NCBI GenBank assembly: GCA_033551855.1
Contig: JAWSUI010000004.1
Span: 32,001-96,000 of the forward strand
Length of the DNA: 64,000 nucleotides
Direction of reading: 5' to 3'
DNA from: Deferrisomatales bacterium
GTDB taxonomy: Bacteria > Desulfobacterota > Deferrisomatia > Deferrisomatales > JACRMM01
The translations under genes and the position numbers were made by a program. Positions 10,065 through 19,237 of this stretch are shown here, in pieces (position 1 is the stretch's first letter; each line of letters starts with the position of its first letter). The notes below the pieces were generated by a model, which worked only from the letters and a program-made list of their open reading frames with translations, had not been told where the DNA came from and did no database searches.

Positions 10065-10654
10065 TCGCCAGCCTCAACGGCCGCCTGGAACGCTCCTCCC
10101 CCGGCCAGGTGGTGGTGGAGGTGGGGGGGGTCGGGTACCGTGTGGACGTACCCCTGTCCACCTACTCCGTGTTGCCCGGGGTCGGCCGGGAGTGCCGCCT
10201 GCGGGTGGTTACCGTGGTCCGGGAAGACGAGATCCGCCTCTTCGGGTTCGCCACCGGCGAGGAGGAGGAGCTCTTCGGGCTCCTCCAGGGGGTCACCGGG
10301 GTGGGGCCGAAGCTGGCCCTCAAGGTGCTCTCGGGCCTCAGCGCCGGGAACCTGAGAGCCGCCCTGGCCAAGGGTGATCTGGGGGTACTCACCTCGGTGC
10401 CGGGGGTGGGGAAGCGCCTGGCCGAGCGCCTCGTGGTGGAGCTTCGGGACAAGGTGGGGCCGGCGTTCGAGGTGCCCGCGCCCACCCCGGCCGCCGGGCA
10501 GGCGGAGGCGGACGCCCTGGAGGCGCTGACCGCCCTGGGCTACCCCCCGAAGGTGGCCCGGCGTGCCCTGGAGGGCGCCCGGAAGGCCGGGGTCGAAGCG
10601 GTGGAGGACCTGGTGCGCGAGGCCCTGCGGGGGCTCGCGGGGAAGCGGCCTTAA
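10061..10654 (+). CDS. ruvA: Holliday junction branch migration protein RuvA
   Basis: GGVGY, VREDEIRLFGF, GVGPKLAL, PGVGKRLAERL, ALTALGY. Confidence 0.97.
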   Translation: MIASLNGRLERSSPGQVVVEVGGVGYRVDVPLSTYSVLPGVGRECRLRVVTVVREDEIRLFGFATGEEEELFGLLQGVTGVGPKLALKVLSGLSAGNLRAALAKGDLGVLTSVPGVGKRLAERLVVELRDKVGPAFEVPAPTPAAGQAEADALEALTALGYPPKVARRALEGARKAGVEAVEDLVREALRGLAGKRP

Positions 10655-10660
10655 CCCCCC

Positions 10661-11680
10661 ATGGACGACCTCACTCGCGCGGTGGCGCCCGATCACCTGG
10701 AGGAGGATGCCCTCGCAGGCAACCTCCTGCGCCCTCCACGTCTGGACGACTACGTGGGCCAGGAGCGCTTGAGGGCGAACCTGCGGGTGTTCATCGAGGC
10801 GGCCCGGCGGCGGGGGGAGGCCCTGGACCACGTGCTCCTGAGCGGCCCGCCGGGCCTGGGGAAGACCACCCTGGGCTACATCATCGCCTACGAGATGGGG
10901 GTCGACATCGAGACCACCTCCGGGCCGATCCTGGAGCGCCCAGGGGACCTGGCGGCCATCCTGACGAACCTGAAGAAGGGCGACGTGCTCTTCATCGATG
11001 AGATCCACCGGCTCAGCCCCGTGGTGGAGGAGATCCTCTACCCGGCCATGGAGGATTTCCAGCTCGACATCCTCATCGGCCAGGGCCCGAGTGCCCGGTC
11101 CATCAAGATCGACCTTCCCCGCTTCACCCTGGTGGGTGCCACCACCCGATCGGGGCTTCTCACGGCGCCCCTGCGAGACCGCTTCGGGGTGGTGAGTCGC
11201 TTGGAGTACTACACCCCGGAGGAGCTCCAGGTCATCGTGCGCCGCTCGGCCCAGATTCTCGACATCCGGGTGGCGGACGACGGCGCGTGGGAGATCGCCC
11301 GGAGGAGCCGCGGGACGCCCCGGATCGCCAACCGCCTGCTCAAGCGCGTGCGGGATTTCGCCGAGGTGCGCCACGGCGGCGTGGTGGACCGGGCCAGCGC
11401 GGACCAGGCGCTCTCGGCCCTCGACGTGGATGGGGCGGGCCTCGACCGGATGGACCGGCGGATCCTCCTCACGATCATCGAGAGCTTCCGGGGGGGGCCG
11501 GTGGGCATCGACACCCTCTCAGCCTCGGTCAGCGAGCAAAAGGACACCCTGGAGGACGTCTACGAGCCCTATCTCCTCCAGCAGGGGTACCTGATACGCA
11601 CCGCCCGCGGGCGCATGGCCACCGAGGCGGCCTACCGCCACCTGGGCCGTCCACCGCCGGCCCAGGGCGCGCTCTTCTAA
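10661..11680 (+). CDS. ruvB: Holliday junction DNA helicase RuvB
   Basis: [47 protein letters not shown]. Confidence 0.98.
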   Translation: MDDLTRAVAPDHLEEDALAGNLLRPPRLDDYVGQERLRANLRVFIEAARRRGEALDHVLLSGPPGLGKTTLGYIIAYEMGVDIETTSGPILERPGDLAAILTNLKKGDVLFIDEIHRLSPVVEEILYPAMEDFQLDILIGQGPSARSIKIDLPRFTLVGATTRSGLLTAPLRDRFGVVSRLEYYTPEELQVIVRRSAQILDIRVADDGAWEIARRSRGTPRIANRLLKRVRDFAEVRHGGVVDRASADQALSALDVDGAGLDRMDRRILLTIIESFRGGPVGIDTLSASVSEQKDTLEDVYEPYLLQQGYLIRTARGRMATEAAYRHLGRPPPAQGALF

Positions 11681-11702
11681 ACGTCGGTCCCATGCCCGCG
11701 GG

Positions 11703-12827
11703 ATGCTCCCGCCTGGCCCCCTGAAAGGCTTTCCCCGCGTGATCCCTCCGCCCCCGCCCCACCGAAGGTCCACCCGGCCCCTGCGCCTGGGAAGAGTCGC
11801 TGTCGGCGGGGGGGCCCCGGTGAGCGTCCAGTCCATGTGCTCCACCGATACCCGGGATTCCGAGGCCACCCTGTCCCAGATCCGCCGCTTGGAGACCGCG
11901 GGCTGCGAGATCGTCCGGGTCGCCGTGCCCGATGCCGATGCCGCCGCGGCCCTGGTCCCCATCCGCCGGGGGACGAAGACGCCCCTCGTTGCCGACGTGC
12001 ACTTCGACCACCGCCTTGCCCTAGCCGCCCTGGAGGCCGGGGTCGACGGCCTGCGCCTGAACCCGGGGAACATCGGGGCCCGTTGGAAGGTCGAGGAGGT
12101 GGTGCGGGCCGCTCGGGAGCGGAGCGTGCCCATCCGGATCGGGGTGAACGCCGGGAGCCTGGAGAAGGCGCTCCTGGAGCGGTTCGGCGGGCCTCGCCCG
12201 GAGGCCTTGGTGGAGAGCGCCCTCGGCCACGTCCGGCTCCTCGAGGACCTCGGCTACCGTGAGATCAAGGTGAGCCTCAAGGACTCGAACGTGCCCCGGA
12301 CCGTGGAGGCCTACCGGGTCCTCGCCGGGCAGTGCGACTACCCCTTCCATGTGGGTATCACGGAGGCGGGTACCCTGCTGCGGGGTGCGGTGAAGAGCGC
12401 CGTGGGGCTGGGAATCCTGTTCTACCTGGGCCTCGGCGACACCGTGCGGGTCAGCCTCACCGGGGACCCGGAGCCGGAGGTGGGGGTGGCCTACGGTATC
12501 CTGCGGGCCCTGGGGCTCCGGGCCCGGGGGGTCGAGGTCATCTCGTGCCCCACCTGCGGCCGCACCCGGGTCGGTCTCGCGGCCCTGGCCGAAGAGGTCG
12601 AGAGCCGGCTGGCCTCGGTCTCCGCGCCGCTCACGGTGGCGGTGATGGGGTGCGAGGTCAACGGCCCGGGGGAGGCCCGGGAGGCCGACGTGGGCGTGGC
12701 CTGCGGAAGGGGTGCCGGCCTGCTCTTCCGCCGCGGCCAGGTCGTCCGCAAGGTCCCCGAAGCGGAGATCGCCGACGCCCTCGTCGCCGAGGTGGAAGCG
12801 CTGGCAGGGGGGCATCGAGATGGTTGA
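11703..12827 (+). CDS. ispG: (E)-4-hydroxy-3-methylbut-2-enyl-diphosphate synthase (start may be GTG 11739)
   Basis: VQSM, ADVHF, RLNPGN, RIGVNAGS, HVGITEAG, GDTVRVSL, CPTCGR, MGCEVNGPGE. Confidence 0.96.
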   Translation: MLPPGPLKGFPRVIPPPPPHRRSTRPLRLGRVAVGGGAPVSVQSMCSTDTRDSEATLSQIRRLETAGCEIVRVAVPDADAAAALVPIRRGTKTPLVADVHFDHRLALAALEAGVDGLRLNPGNIGARWKVEEVVRAARERSVPIRIGVNAGSLEKALLERFGGPRPEALVESALGHVRLLEDLGYREIKVSLKDSNVPRTVEAYRVLAGQCDYPFHVGITEAGTLLRGAVKSAVGLGILFYLGLGDTVRVSLTGDPEPEVGVAYGILRALGLRARGVEVISCPTCGRTRVGLAALAEEVESRLASVSAPLTVAVMGCEVNGPGEAREADVGVACGRGAGLLFRRGQVVRKVPEAEIADALVAEVEALAGGHRDG

Positions 12828-13129
12828 TCCCCAGCATTTCTTCCAGTTCGCCGCACCACTACCCCCTCCTGGTGGATCTCTACTACCGGGCCGAGGGGGT
12901 GAACGACGCAGAGCTCTCGGCGCTGGTGGAGCGCCACCGGTCCGAGCGCCACCCCGCGCCCCACTACGTGGCCGACCGCCTCCTCAAGCTCGGTATCCTC
13001 GAGGCCGTGCCCGACGCCACCGCGGTCTGCGAAGTGGTCCGGCCGGTGCGCAGCCTTCTGGGCTTCCTCCCGGCGGAGCACCGGCTCACCTCTGCGCCCG
13101 TCCTCCAGGCCTACCTGACCGAGCTCGAC
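12820..13129 (+). pseudogene. Frameshifted, truncated gene fragment resembling the N-terminus of the first gene of Mks-type condensin operons
   Basis: MVDPQHFFQFA, frameshift at ~12853, then HHYPLLVDLY...LGILEAVPD...LLGFLPAEHRLTSAPVLQAYLTELD; protein-like sequence ends ~13130; family link from recalled similarity. Confidence 0.6.
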
Positions 13130-13257
13130 CCGGCTGTGGGCGGCCGCCGGGGCTTGGCCGTGCGCCTCGGACCGTCACCTCGCCCGCAGCCGTCTTGCCT
13201 CGGCCCTGCGCTCCGATATCCTGGAGGCGGCCCTTTCCCGGCCTCCAGGAGGCGACC

Positions 13258-13571
13258 ATGCCCGAGCTGCCCCGCCCCTTCCGCCGCTTTCTCTCTCGCT
13301 ACCCGGCCGTGGAGAAGGCCCACATGGAGCTCTCCCTGGCCGTCAACCGCGAGGGGCCCCTGGACGAGCGGGCCCGCCGCCTCGTTCGGCTGGGCATCGC
13401 CATCGGCCAGCAGAGCCCTGGGGCCGTCAAGTCCCACGTGCGCCGGGCCCTCGAGGAGGGGCTGACCGCCGACGAGGTGCGCCACGCCGCCCTCCTCGCC
13501 CTGCCCACCTTGGGTTTTCCCCCGATGGTCGCAGCCCTCGAGTGGGTGGAGGCGGTGTTGGAGGAGGGCCC

Positions 13572-13575
<4 letters not shown>
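13258..13575 (+). CDS. Carboxymuconolactone decarboxylase/AhpD-like protein
   Basis: GPLDERARRLVRLGIAIG...AVKSHVRRALEEG...LPTLGFP; AGGAGG RBS. Confidence 0.88.
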
Positions 13576-14115
<540 letters not shown>

Positions 14116-14229
14116 TCGCCTCCGTAGTGGCCGGCGGCGTCGGGTTACCGAATCGGAACGCGGATACGCAGGGGGGGATGCCGGGGTCGGCCTCCGGTGC
14201 CTCGCCGCAGCCCAGGTCCTCCGGAGCCC

Positions 14230-14245
14230 TGGCCCGTGTCTTGCA
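14230..14245 (+). promoter_or_regulatory. Putative sigma-54 -24/-12 promoter
   Basis: TGGCCCG-TGTC-TTGCA matches TGGCACG-N4-TTGCW, 55 bp upstream of TPR gene. Confidence 0.6.
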
Positions 14246-14299
14246 CGCGGGGGAGCGAACCGCAGTTCCCCGGACCCTTGCGCGCTGTGGAGGTGCCCT

Positions 14300-14851
14300 G
14301 TGGAGAGAGCCCTGACCGACTTCGACCGCCTCTTCGACTCCCTGGTGGGGGAAGCTCCGTCCGTGGGCGCCCCGGAGCCGGTACCCGTCCCCGGAGCGCT
14401 GGCGGCGATCGGGGACCTGGAGCGCAAGGTAAACCGGGCCGTGGCCCTGTTCCACCGGGGGGACTACGCCCGGTGCCACGCCCTTCTCCAGGCCTGCGGC
14501 GACGACGTCCTCCGGGACCCGAGGGGCCAAGCCTTCCAGGCGGCAAGCCGGGCGATGGTCAACGGCCGGTTCCGCGAGGGGGTGGACGCCTGCGTCCAGG
14601 CGATCCGCGGGGCGTTCTACATCCCGGATCTGTACTGTGCCCTGGGGGTGCTCCTGCTCCGGGCGGGGGAGCGGGCCAAGGCCCACGCTGCCTTTCAACG
14701 GGGTCTGCGCCTGGACCCGCGGCACCCGGGGCTCCGGGCGCGGGTTCGGGACATGGGGGAACGGCGTGCCCCCGTGCTGGTCTTCCTCGCCCGATCCCAT
14801 CCCGCCAACCGCTTCCTGGGAAGGCTGCGGACAATCCTCCGGTCCCGCTAG
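14300..14851 (+). CDS. Tetratricopeptide repeat protein
   Basis: PDLYCALGVLLLRAGERAKAHAAFQRGLRLDP; GGAGG RBS before GTG. Confidence 0.8.
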   Translation: MERALTDFDRLFDSLVGEAPSVGAPEPVPVPGALAAIGDLERKVNRAVALFHRGDYARCHALLQACGDDVLRDPRGQAFQAASRAMVNGRFREGVDACVQAIRGAFYIPDLYCALGVLLLRAGERAKAHAAFQRGLRLDPRHPGLRARVRDMGERRAPVLVFLARSHPANRFLGRLRTILRSR

Positions 14852-15018
14852 AAGTACAGCGAGAGTTGTGACAGAGTCGGGCGCGGGGCCGTCCTGGAGC
14901 GCGGGCAGGCGGCGCTGGAACGATGCTCTGGGCGCACCGGAGGGGCGTAGGGCCGCTGGAAACGGCCTCGAGAACTGCACTTCGCGTCGGGATCCTGCCC
15001 GCCGGAGGGAAGGTTTCG

Positions 15019-15227
15019 GGTTCTTCCGGTAAACGACCGGGTGGGCCCGCCCACTCCGGCAGACGAGGCCGGGCTGCACGGTAGGTGTTCTCCCCCGCCG
15101 CGTCCGGAATCCTCGCGACATCGCGACTCCCGAAGCGGCTGCTCACGTCGAGCGGCCGTCCGCCTACGTGGTCGGGCCCACCCGATCGTCCCTGGACACC
15201 AGTACCCGGTCATTTCCCGGATGATCC
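15019..15227 (+). repeat. Dispersed element family B, copy 1 (209 bp, imperfect 23-bp TIRs)
   Basis: Near-identical reverse-complement copy at 39382-39590; ends ggttcttccggtaaacgaccggg / cccggtcatttcccggatgatcc. Confidence 0.88.
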
Positions 15228-15511
15228 AGGTTTCGCGCCGAATCCACGCGGAGAACCGATCCCTCGTTGTAGAAGTGGGAACCTGTGAAACGGTCTGCTG
15301 CGCGACCGGTCCGCGTCGTTGCACACGCGCGCACTCCTCGCCTGTCTACCGGAGATGTCACGTCGTTCGTTCTTGCGCGCCTCGCGTTCCGGCGGAACAC
15401 CCAGGGGGGAGGGAGCCCGCGCCCCCCTGGCGTGAGGCAGGCGCCTCTGGTAGGGTGGCGCGGCCTCCCCCCGTTCAGCACCCGGCCGCGTGCCGTCCCA
15501 CCGGAGCCTCC

Positions 15512-16501
15512 ATGTGCGCGAAGACCTCCCAGGTTCCCACCACCCCCGGGGGCGGGGCCGGAACGACCGCGGGAACGGGGGTCCCCTCCTTCCCGGATTT
15601 CTGCGAGGTTTCCCTGGAGCTCCGGGACGAGGTGGCGGGGGTCCTGGGAGGCCTCCGCCCCGAGATTGCCGAGCTCACCTTCGCCAGTCTCTTCCTCTTT
15701 CGGAAGGCCCACGCCTACCGGTTGAGCCGCTGGGGCTCGCTCCTGCTCGTGATGGCGCGGTCATACGGCGGCGAGCCCTATGCCTTTCCTCCGCTGGGAG
15801 CGGGAGGGGCGGCGGAGGTCGAGGATGCCTCCCGTGGTCTGTGTGAGCACCTGCGCGGGCTGGGTGGGGCGCCGGTCCTCTTTCCGGTGCCCGAGGCCTG
15901 GGTGTTCCACCGCTACGGTGCCGGGTGGAGCGTCCAGGCGGACCGCGACCAGGCCGACTACGTGTATTCCCGTGAGGAGCTGGCCCAACTTCCGGGGAAG
16001 AAGTTCCACAAGCGGCGCAACCGGTTGGCGAAGCTCCTGCGGGAGGAGGCCTCGGGCTACGAGTACCGGCAACTCGGCCCGGAGCACGTGGACGGGTGCC
16101 TGGAGCTGGCTCAAGGCTGGTGCACGATCCGGTGCTCGACGGAGAAGCCGTCCACCTTCCTGGAGACGTCCGCCGCCACGGATGCCCTGGCCCACAGGGA
16201 GCGGCTGGGGTTGCGGGGCGGCGTGATCCTCCTGGGAGGAAGGGTCGCGGCCTTTTGCCTGGGCGAGGAGCTCAACCCCGAGACCTTCGTCGTACACTTC
16301 GAGAAGGCCGAGCCTTCGCGGGACGGACTCGCCCAGCTCATCAACCGGGACTTCTGCCTCCACTCTCTGCAGGGGTATCGCTGGGTCAACCGGGAGCAGG
16401 ATCTCGGGGACCCGGGGCTCCGGCAGGCGAAGGAGAGTTATCATCCCGCCTTCCTGGCGGCCAAGTATCGTGTCTCCCCCCAGTGGGAGGGGCACCCGTG
16501 A
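15512..16501 (+). CDS. DUF2156 (phosphatidylglycerol lysyltransferase C-terminal-like) protein
   Basis: ELTFASLF, DYVY..L..L.GKKFHKRRN, VHFEKA, WVNREQDLG..GLRQAKESYHP. Confidence 0.9.
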   Translation: MCAKTSQVPTTPGGGAGTTAGTGVPSFPDFCEVSLELRDEVAGVLGGLRPEIAELTFASLFLFRKAHAYRLSRWGSLLLVMARSYGGEPYAFPPLGAGGAAEVEDASRGLCEHLRGLGGAPVLFPVPEAWVFHRYGAGWSVQADRDQADYVYSREELAQLPGKKFHKRRNRLAKLLREEASGYEYRQLGPEHVDGCLELAQGWCTIRCSTEKPSTFLETSAATDALAHRERLGLRGGVILLGGRVAAFCLGEELNPETFVVHFEKAEPSRDGLAQLINRDFCLHSLQGYRWVNREQDLGDPGLRQAKESYHPAFLAAKYRVSPQWEGHP

Positions 16502-17148
16502 GGGGGCGCGGAGAGCTGCTCGAGGCGGTCGGCGCAGCCCGAGCCCTCTTTGACGCCCTGCCTCTGGGGGCGTTTCTGGTGGACCGCGACCGGGTAGTCC
16601 AGGCGGTGAACGCGCGGGGGCGGCAGTTCCTGGGGTCCGAGGTGGAGGACGCCATGGGACTTCGGCCCGGAGAGGCCCTGCGCTGCGTCAACAGCCTGCA
16701 CTGCCCCGAGGGGTGCGGGCATGCTCCCGCGTGCCAGGGTTGCGTCCTGCGGGAGTGCGCGGAGCAAGCCCTGGCGGGCGCCACGGCAGAGCAGCGGGAG
16801 GTTCGGCTCGTGACGCGGGGAACGAACCCTGCGGATCGGGCCTTGCTCGTCTCGGCGGCACCCATCTCGTGGGGCGGCCGGTCTTTTGCCTTGCTGCTCC
16901 TCCAGGACGTCAGCGCCCTGCACCGGCTGCGGGGCCTGCTTCCCATCTGCGCCGGCTGCAAGAAGATTCGCCGGGAGGATCAGGCCTGGGAGGCCGTCGA
17001 GGCATTCGTGGAGCGCCATTCCCTGGCGGAGTTCACCCACGGGCTCTGTCCCGAGTGTCTGGAGCGGCTGTACCCGGAGTGCGGCGAGGAAAACCCCACC
17101 CCGGAAGGCCGTCACGGTTCTGGGGGCTCCTCGAGAACCCCTGACTGA
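16498..17148 (+). CDS. PAS domain protein with C-terminal Cys/His (LPICxxCKKIR...HGxCPEC) module
   Basis: FDALP..AFLVD...VN; GEALRCVN..CG..C..C; LLPICAGCKKIR...FTHGLCPEC. Confidence 0.8.
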   Translation: MRGRGELLEAVGAARALFDALPLGAFLVDRDRVVQAVNARGRQFLGSEVEDAMGLRPGEALRCVNSLHCPEGCGHAPACQGCVLRECAEQALAGATAEQREVRLVTRGTNPADRALLVSAAPISWGGRSFALLLLQDVSALHRLRGLLPICAGCKKIRREDQAWEAVEAFVERHSLAEFTHGLCPECLERLYPECGEENPTPEGRHGSGGSSRTPD

Positions 17149-17157
17149 GGGCACGTC

Positions 17158-18288
17158 ATGGACGTCCTCCTGATCGACGACGAGAAGGGAATCCGCGATG
17201 CCCTCGCGGCGTTCCTTCACTCCCAGGGCCACGTGGTGCGGGAGGCCACTCGGGGTGAGGAGGGGCTGTGGCTTCTCGAGACGCGCCCGGCGGACCTCGT
17301 CATCACCGATATCCGGATGCCCGGCCTCACCGGCATCGATGTGCTGCGCCAGGTGCGGGAGCGGTGGCCGGGGGTCGAGGTGGTCCTGGTCACGGGCTTC
17401 GGCACCCTGGACGATGCGGTGGAGGCCCTGCGCCTGGGGGCGTACGACTTCCTGATCAAACCCCTGCGGCTGGCGCACCTCGAGGTCCTGCTCCGGCGGG
17501 TCGAGGAGAGACTGCGCTACTCCCGCGACAATCGGGAGTTGCGAGAAGTGGTGGAGAGGCTGAAGGACCTGAACGACCGCAAGGAGAAGTTCATCGCCAT
17601 CGCGAATCACGAGATCCGCACCCCCACGACCGTAGCCGCGGGGCTCGTCTCCCTGTTGGCCGGCAGTGGGACGGGTCTCCCGGAAGAGCAGCGCCGCCTC
17701 CTGGAAGTGGCTGACCGTGCCCTGCGCCGCCTCAAGGAGATCGTGGAGGACCTGGGGGACCTGGGGTCCGGCGGCCCCGCCGGGATGAGGGTGCAGCCGG
17801 CGCCGTACACCGTGGGGGAGCTGGCACGGGACATCGACGGCCTGTGCGAGATGTACCGGAGCCTCCGGGAGCTGGCTGTCGGCTCTACGTGCCGGTGCCC
17901 GGAGGCCGAGTCCGTCTGGGTAGATGGCCGGAAGCTCCTCCGGGCCGTCGGTGCGCTGTTGCAGAACGCGGTGAAGTTCACCCCCGACGGCGGGCGGGTG
18001 GCGGTGCAGATCGGCACCGAGACGGGGGCGCTCGTCGTGGAGGTCTCCGACACCGGCGTGGGGGTGCCCGAAGAGGAGCGGGCCAAGATCTTCGAGCTCT
18101 TCTATGCGTCGGAGGACGTGCGTCACCACCGAACCTCGGGCCACGCGTTCGGGGGGGGAGGCCTGGGTATCGGGTTGCCCCTGGCCCGGGCGATCGCCCG
18201 GGCCCACGGGGGGGAGATCGGCTACGCGCCCCGTCCGGGGGGTGGGAGCCTCTTCTCCATCCGGGTTCCGGCGGTCGCACCGGCGTAG
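17158..18288 (+). CDS. Hybrid receiver-histidine kinase
   Basis: LIDDE, ITDIRMPG, DFLIKP; NHEIRTP, NAVKFTP, DTGVG, GLGIGL. Confidence 0.93.
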   Translation: MDVLLIDDEKGIRDALAAFLHSQGHVVREATRGEEGLWLLETRPADLVITDIRMPGLTGIDVLRQVRERWPGVEVVLVTGFGTLDDAVEALRLGAYDFLIKPLRLAHLEVLLRRVEERLRYSRDNRELREVVERLKDLNDRKEKFIAIANHEIRTPTTVAAGLVSLLAGSGTGLPEEQRRLLEVADRALRRLKEIVEDLGDLGSGGPAGMRVQPAPYTVGELARDIDGLCEMYRSLRELAVGSTCRCPEAESVWVDGRKLLRAVGALLQNAVKFTPDGGRVAVQIGTETGALVVEVSDTGVGVPEEERAKIFELFYASEDVRHHRTSGHAFGGGGLGIGLPLARAIARAHGGEIGYAPRPGGGSLFSIRVPAVAPA

Positions 18289-18421
18289 GGGCCCGGGTCC
18301 GCGACGCGGCGGGCTTCACCCGGTCGAGCCGGAGGCGGCGGGCCGGTCGATGCGCTAGCGGTCTGCTCCGGGGCCCCGGACCCCGCCCCAGGGTGTGGCG
18401 GTGGAATCTGGACCGGCTCCG

Positions 18422-19150
18422 TCAGCGCCCCCCGATGCGCTCTTCCAGTTTCCCCACGAGCTCGGCCATGGCCGCCGCGGACCTCGCGAGGAGCTCTTCA
18501 CCCTTCTCCCGGGTCGCCTTTCCCGGGTTTCCCCACACTCCCCCCGGCCAGTGGGGCCGCTTGTGCCGGGTGACGAAGGGGCGCGGGAACGAGGGGTATT
18601 CCTCCGGGCTCGTCCCCTTTACCAAGGTCGGGTCCAGGGCGAGGATCCGGCTGGTCTCGATCTCGCCCGCGTGGCCGTCGTCCGCGGTCTCCACGATGCC
18701 CTGCCGGCCGCTGGCCTGGGCCCAGTGGTACTCGCAGACCACCGCCACCTCGAGGTCCGGGAATGCCTCGACGAGTCGCTCCCCGGCTTCTTCCAGGGCG
18801 GCCATGTGCAGGCCCCCGGCGTGCCCCGAGGCGACCAACAGCCCCCGCAGCCCCTGGCGGTGCAGACTCGCACCGATGTCGAACACGAGGCAGCGCACCG
18901 TCTCGGGGGAGATCGACAGCGTGCCGGGGTGGTCGCGGGTGCTGCGGCAGTAGCCATAGTGCAACGGGGGGCAGAGGAAGGCAGGCGCGAGCTCCGCAGC
19001 CCGGCGGGCTACCTCCCACACCTGGTAGGTGTCGGTCCCGAGGGGGAGATGAAGGCCGTGCTCCTCCACGCTCCCCACGGGCAGGATCGCCGTGCGGGTG
19101 CAGGCGAGGCCCGCCTCGAATTCGGCCATGGTCAGGTCGGCGACGATCAC
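18422..19150 (-). CDS. Creatininase/creatinine amidohydrolase family protein
   Basis: LPVGSVEEHGLHLPLGTD, HPGT, GHAG, HAGEIETS, GVWGNP. Confidence 0.92.
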   Translation of the reverse strand: MIVADLTMAEFEAGLACTRTAILPVGSVEEHGLHLPLGTDTYQVWEVARRAAELAPAFLCPPLHYGYCRSTRDHPGTLSISPETVRCLVFDIGASLHRQGLRGLLVASGHAGGLHMAALEEAGERLVEAFPDLEVAVVCEYHWAQASGRQGIVETADDGHAGEIETSRILALDPTLVKGTSPEEYPSFPRPFVTRHKRPHWPGGVWGNPGKATREKGEELLARSAAAMAELVGKLEERIGGR

Positions 19151-19237
19151 GGTTCCTCCGGGGTCTCGGGGCCGCCCGTCCGGTAGGCGGCGCAGGGGGT
19201 GTCTCTGCAGTCGGGCCCTCTTCGGCGTGGCCCGTGC

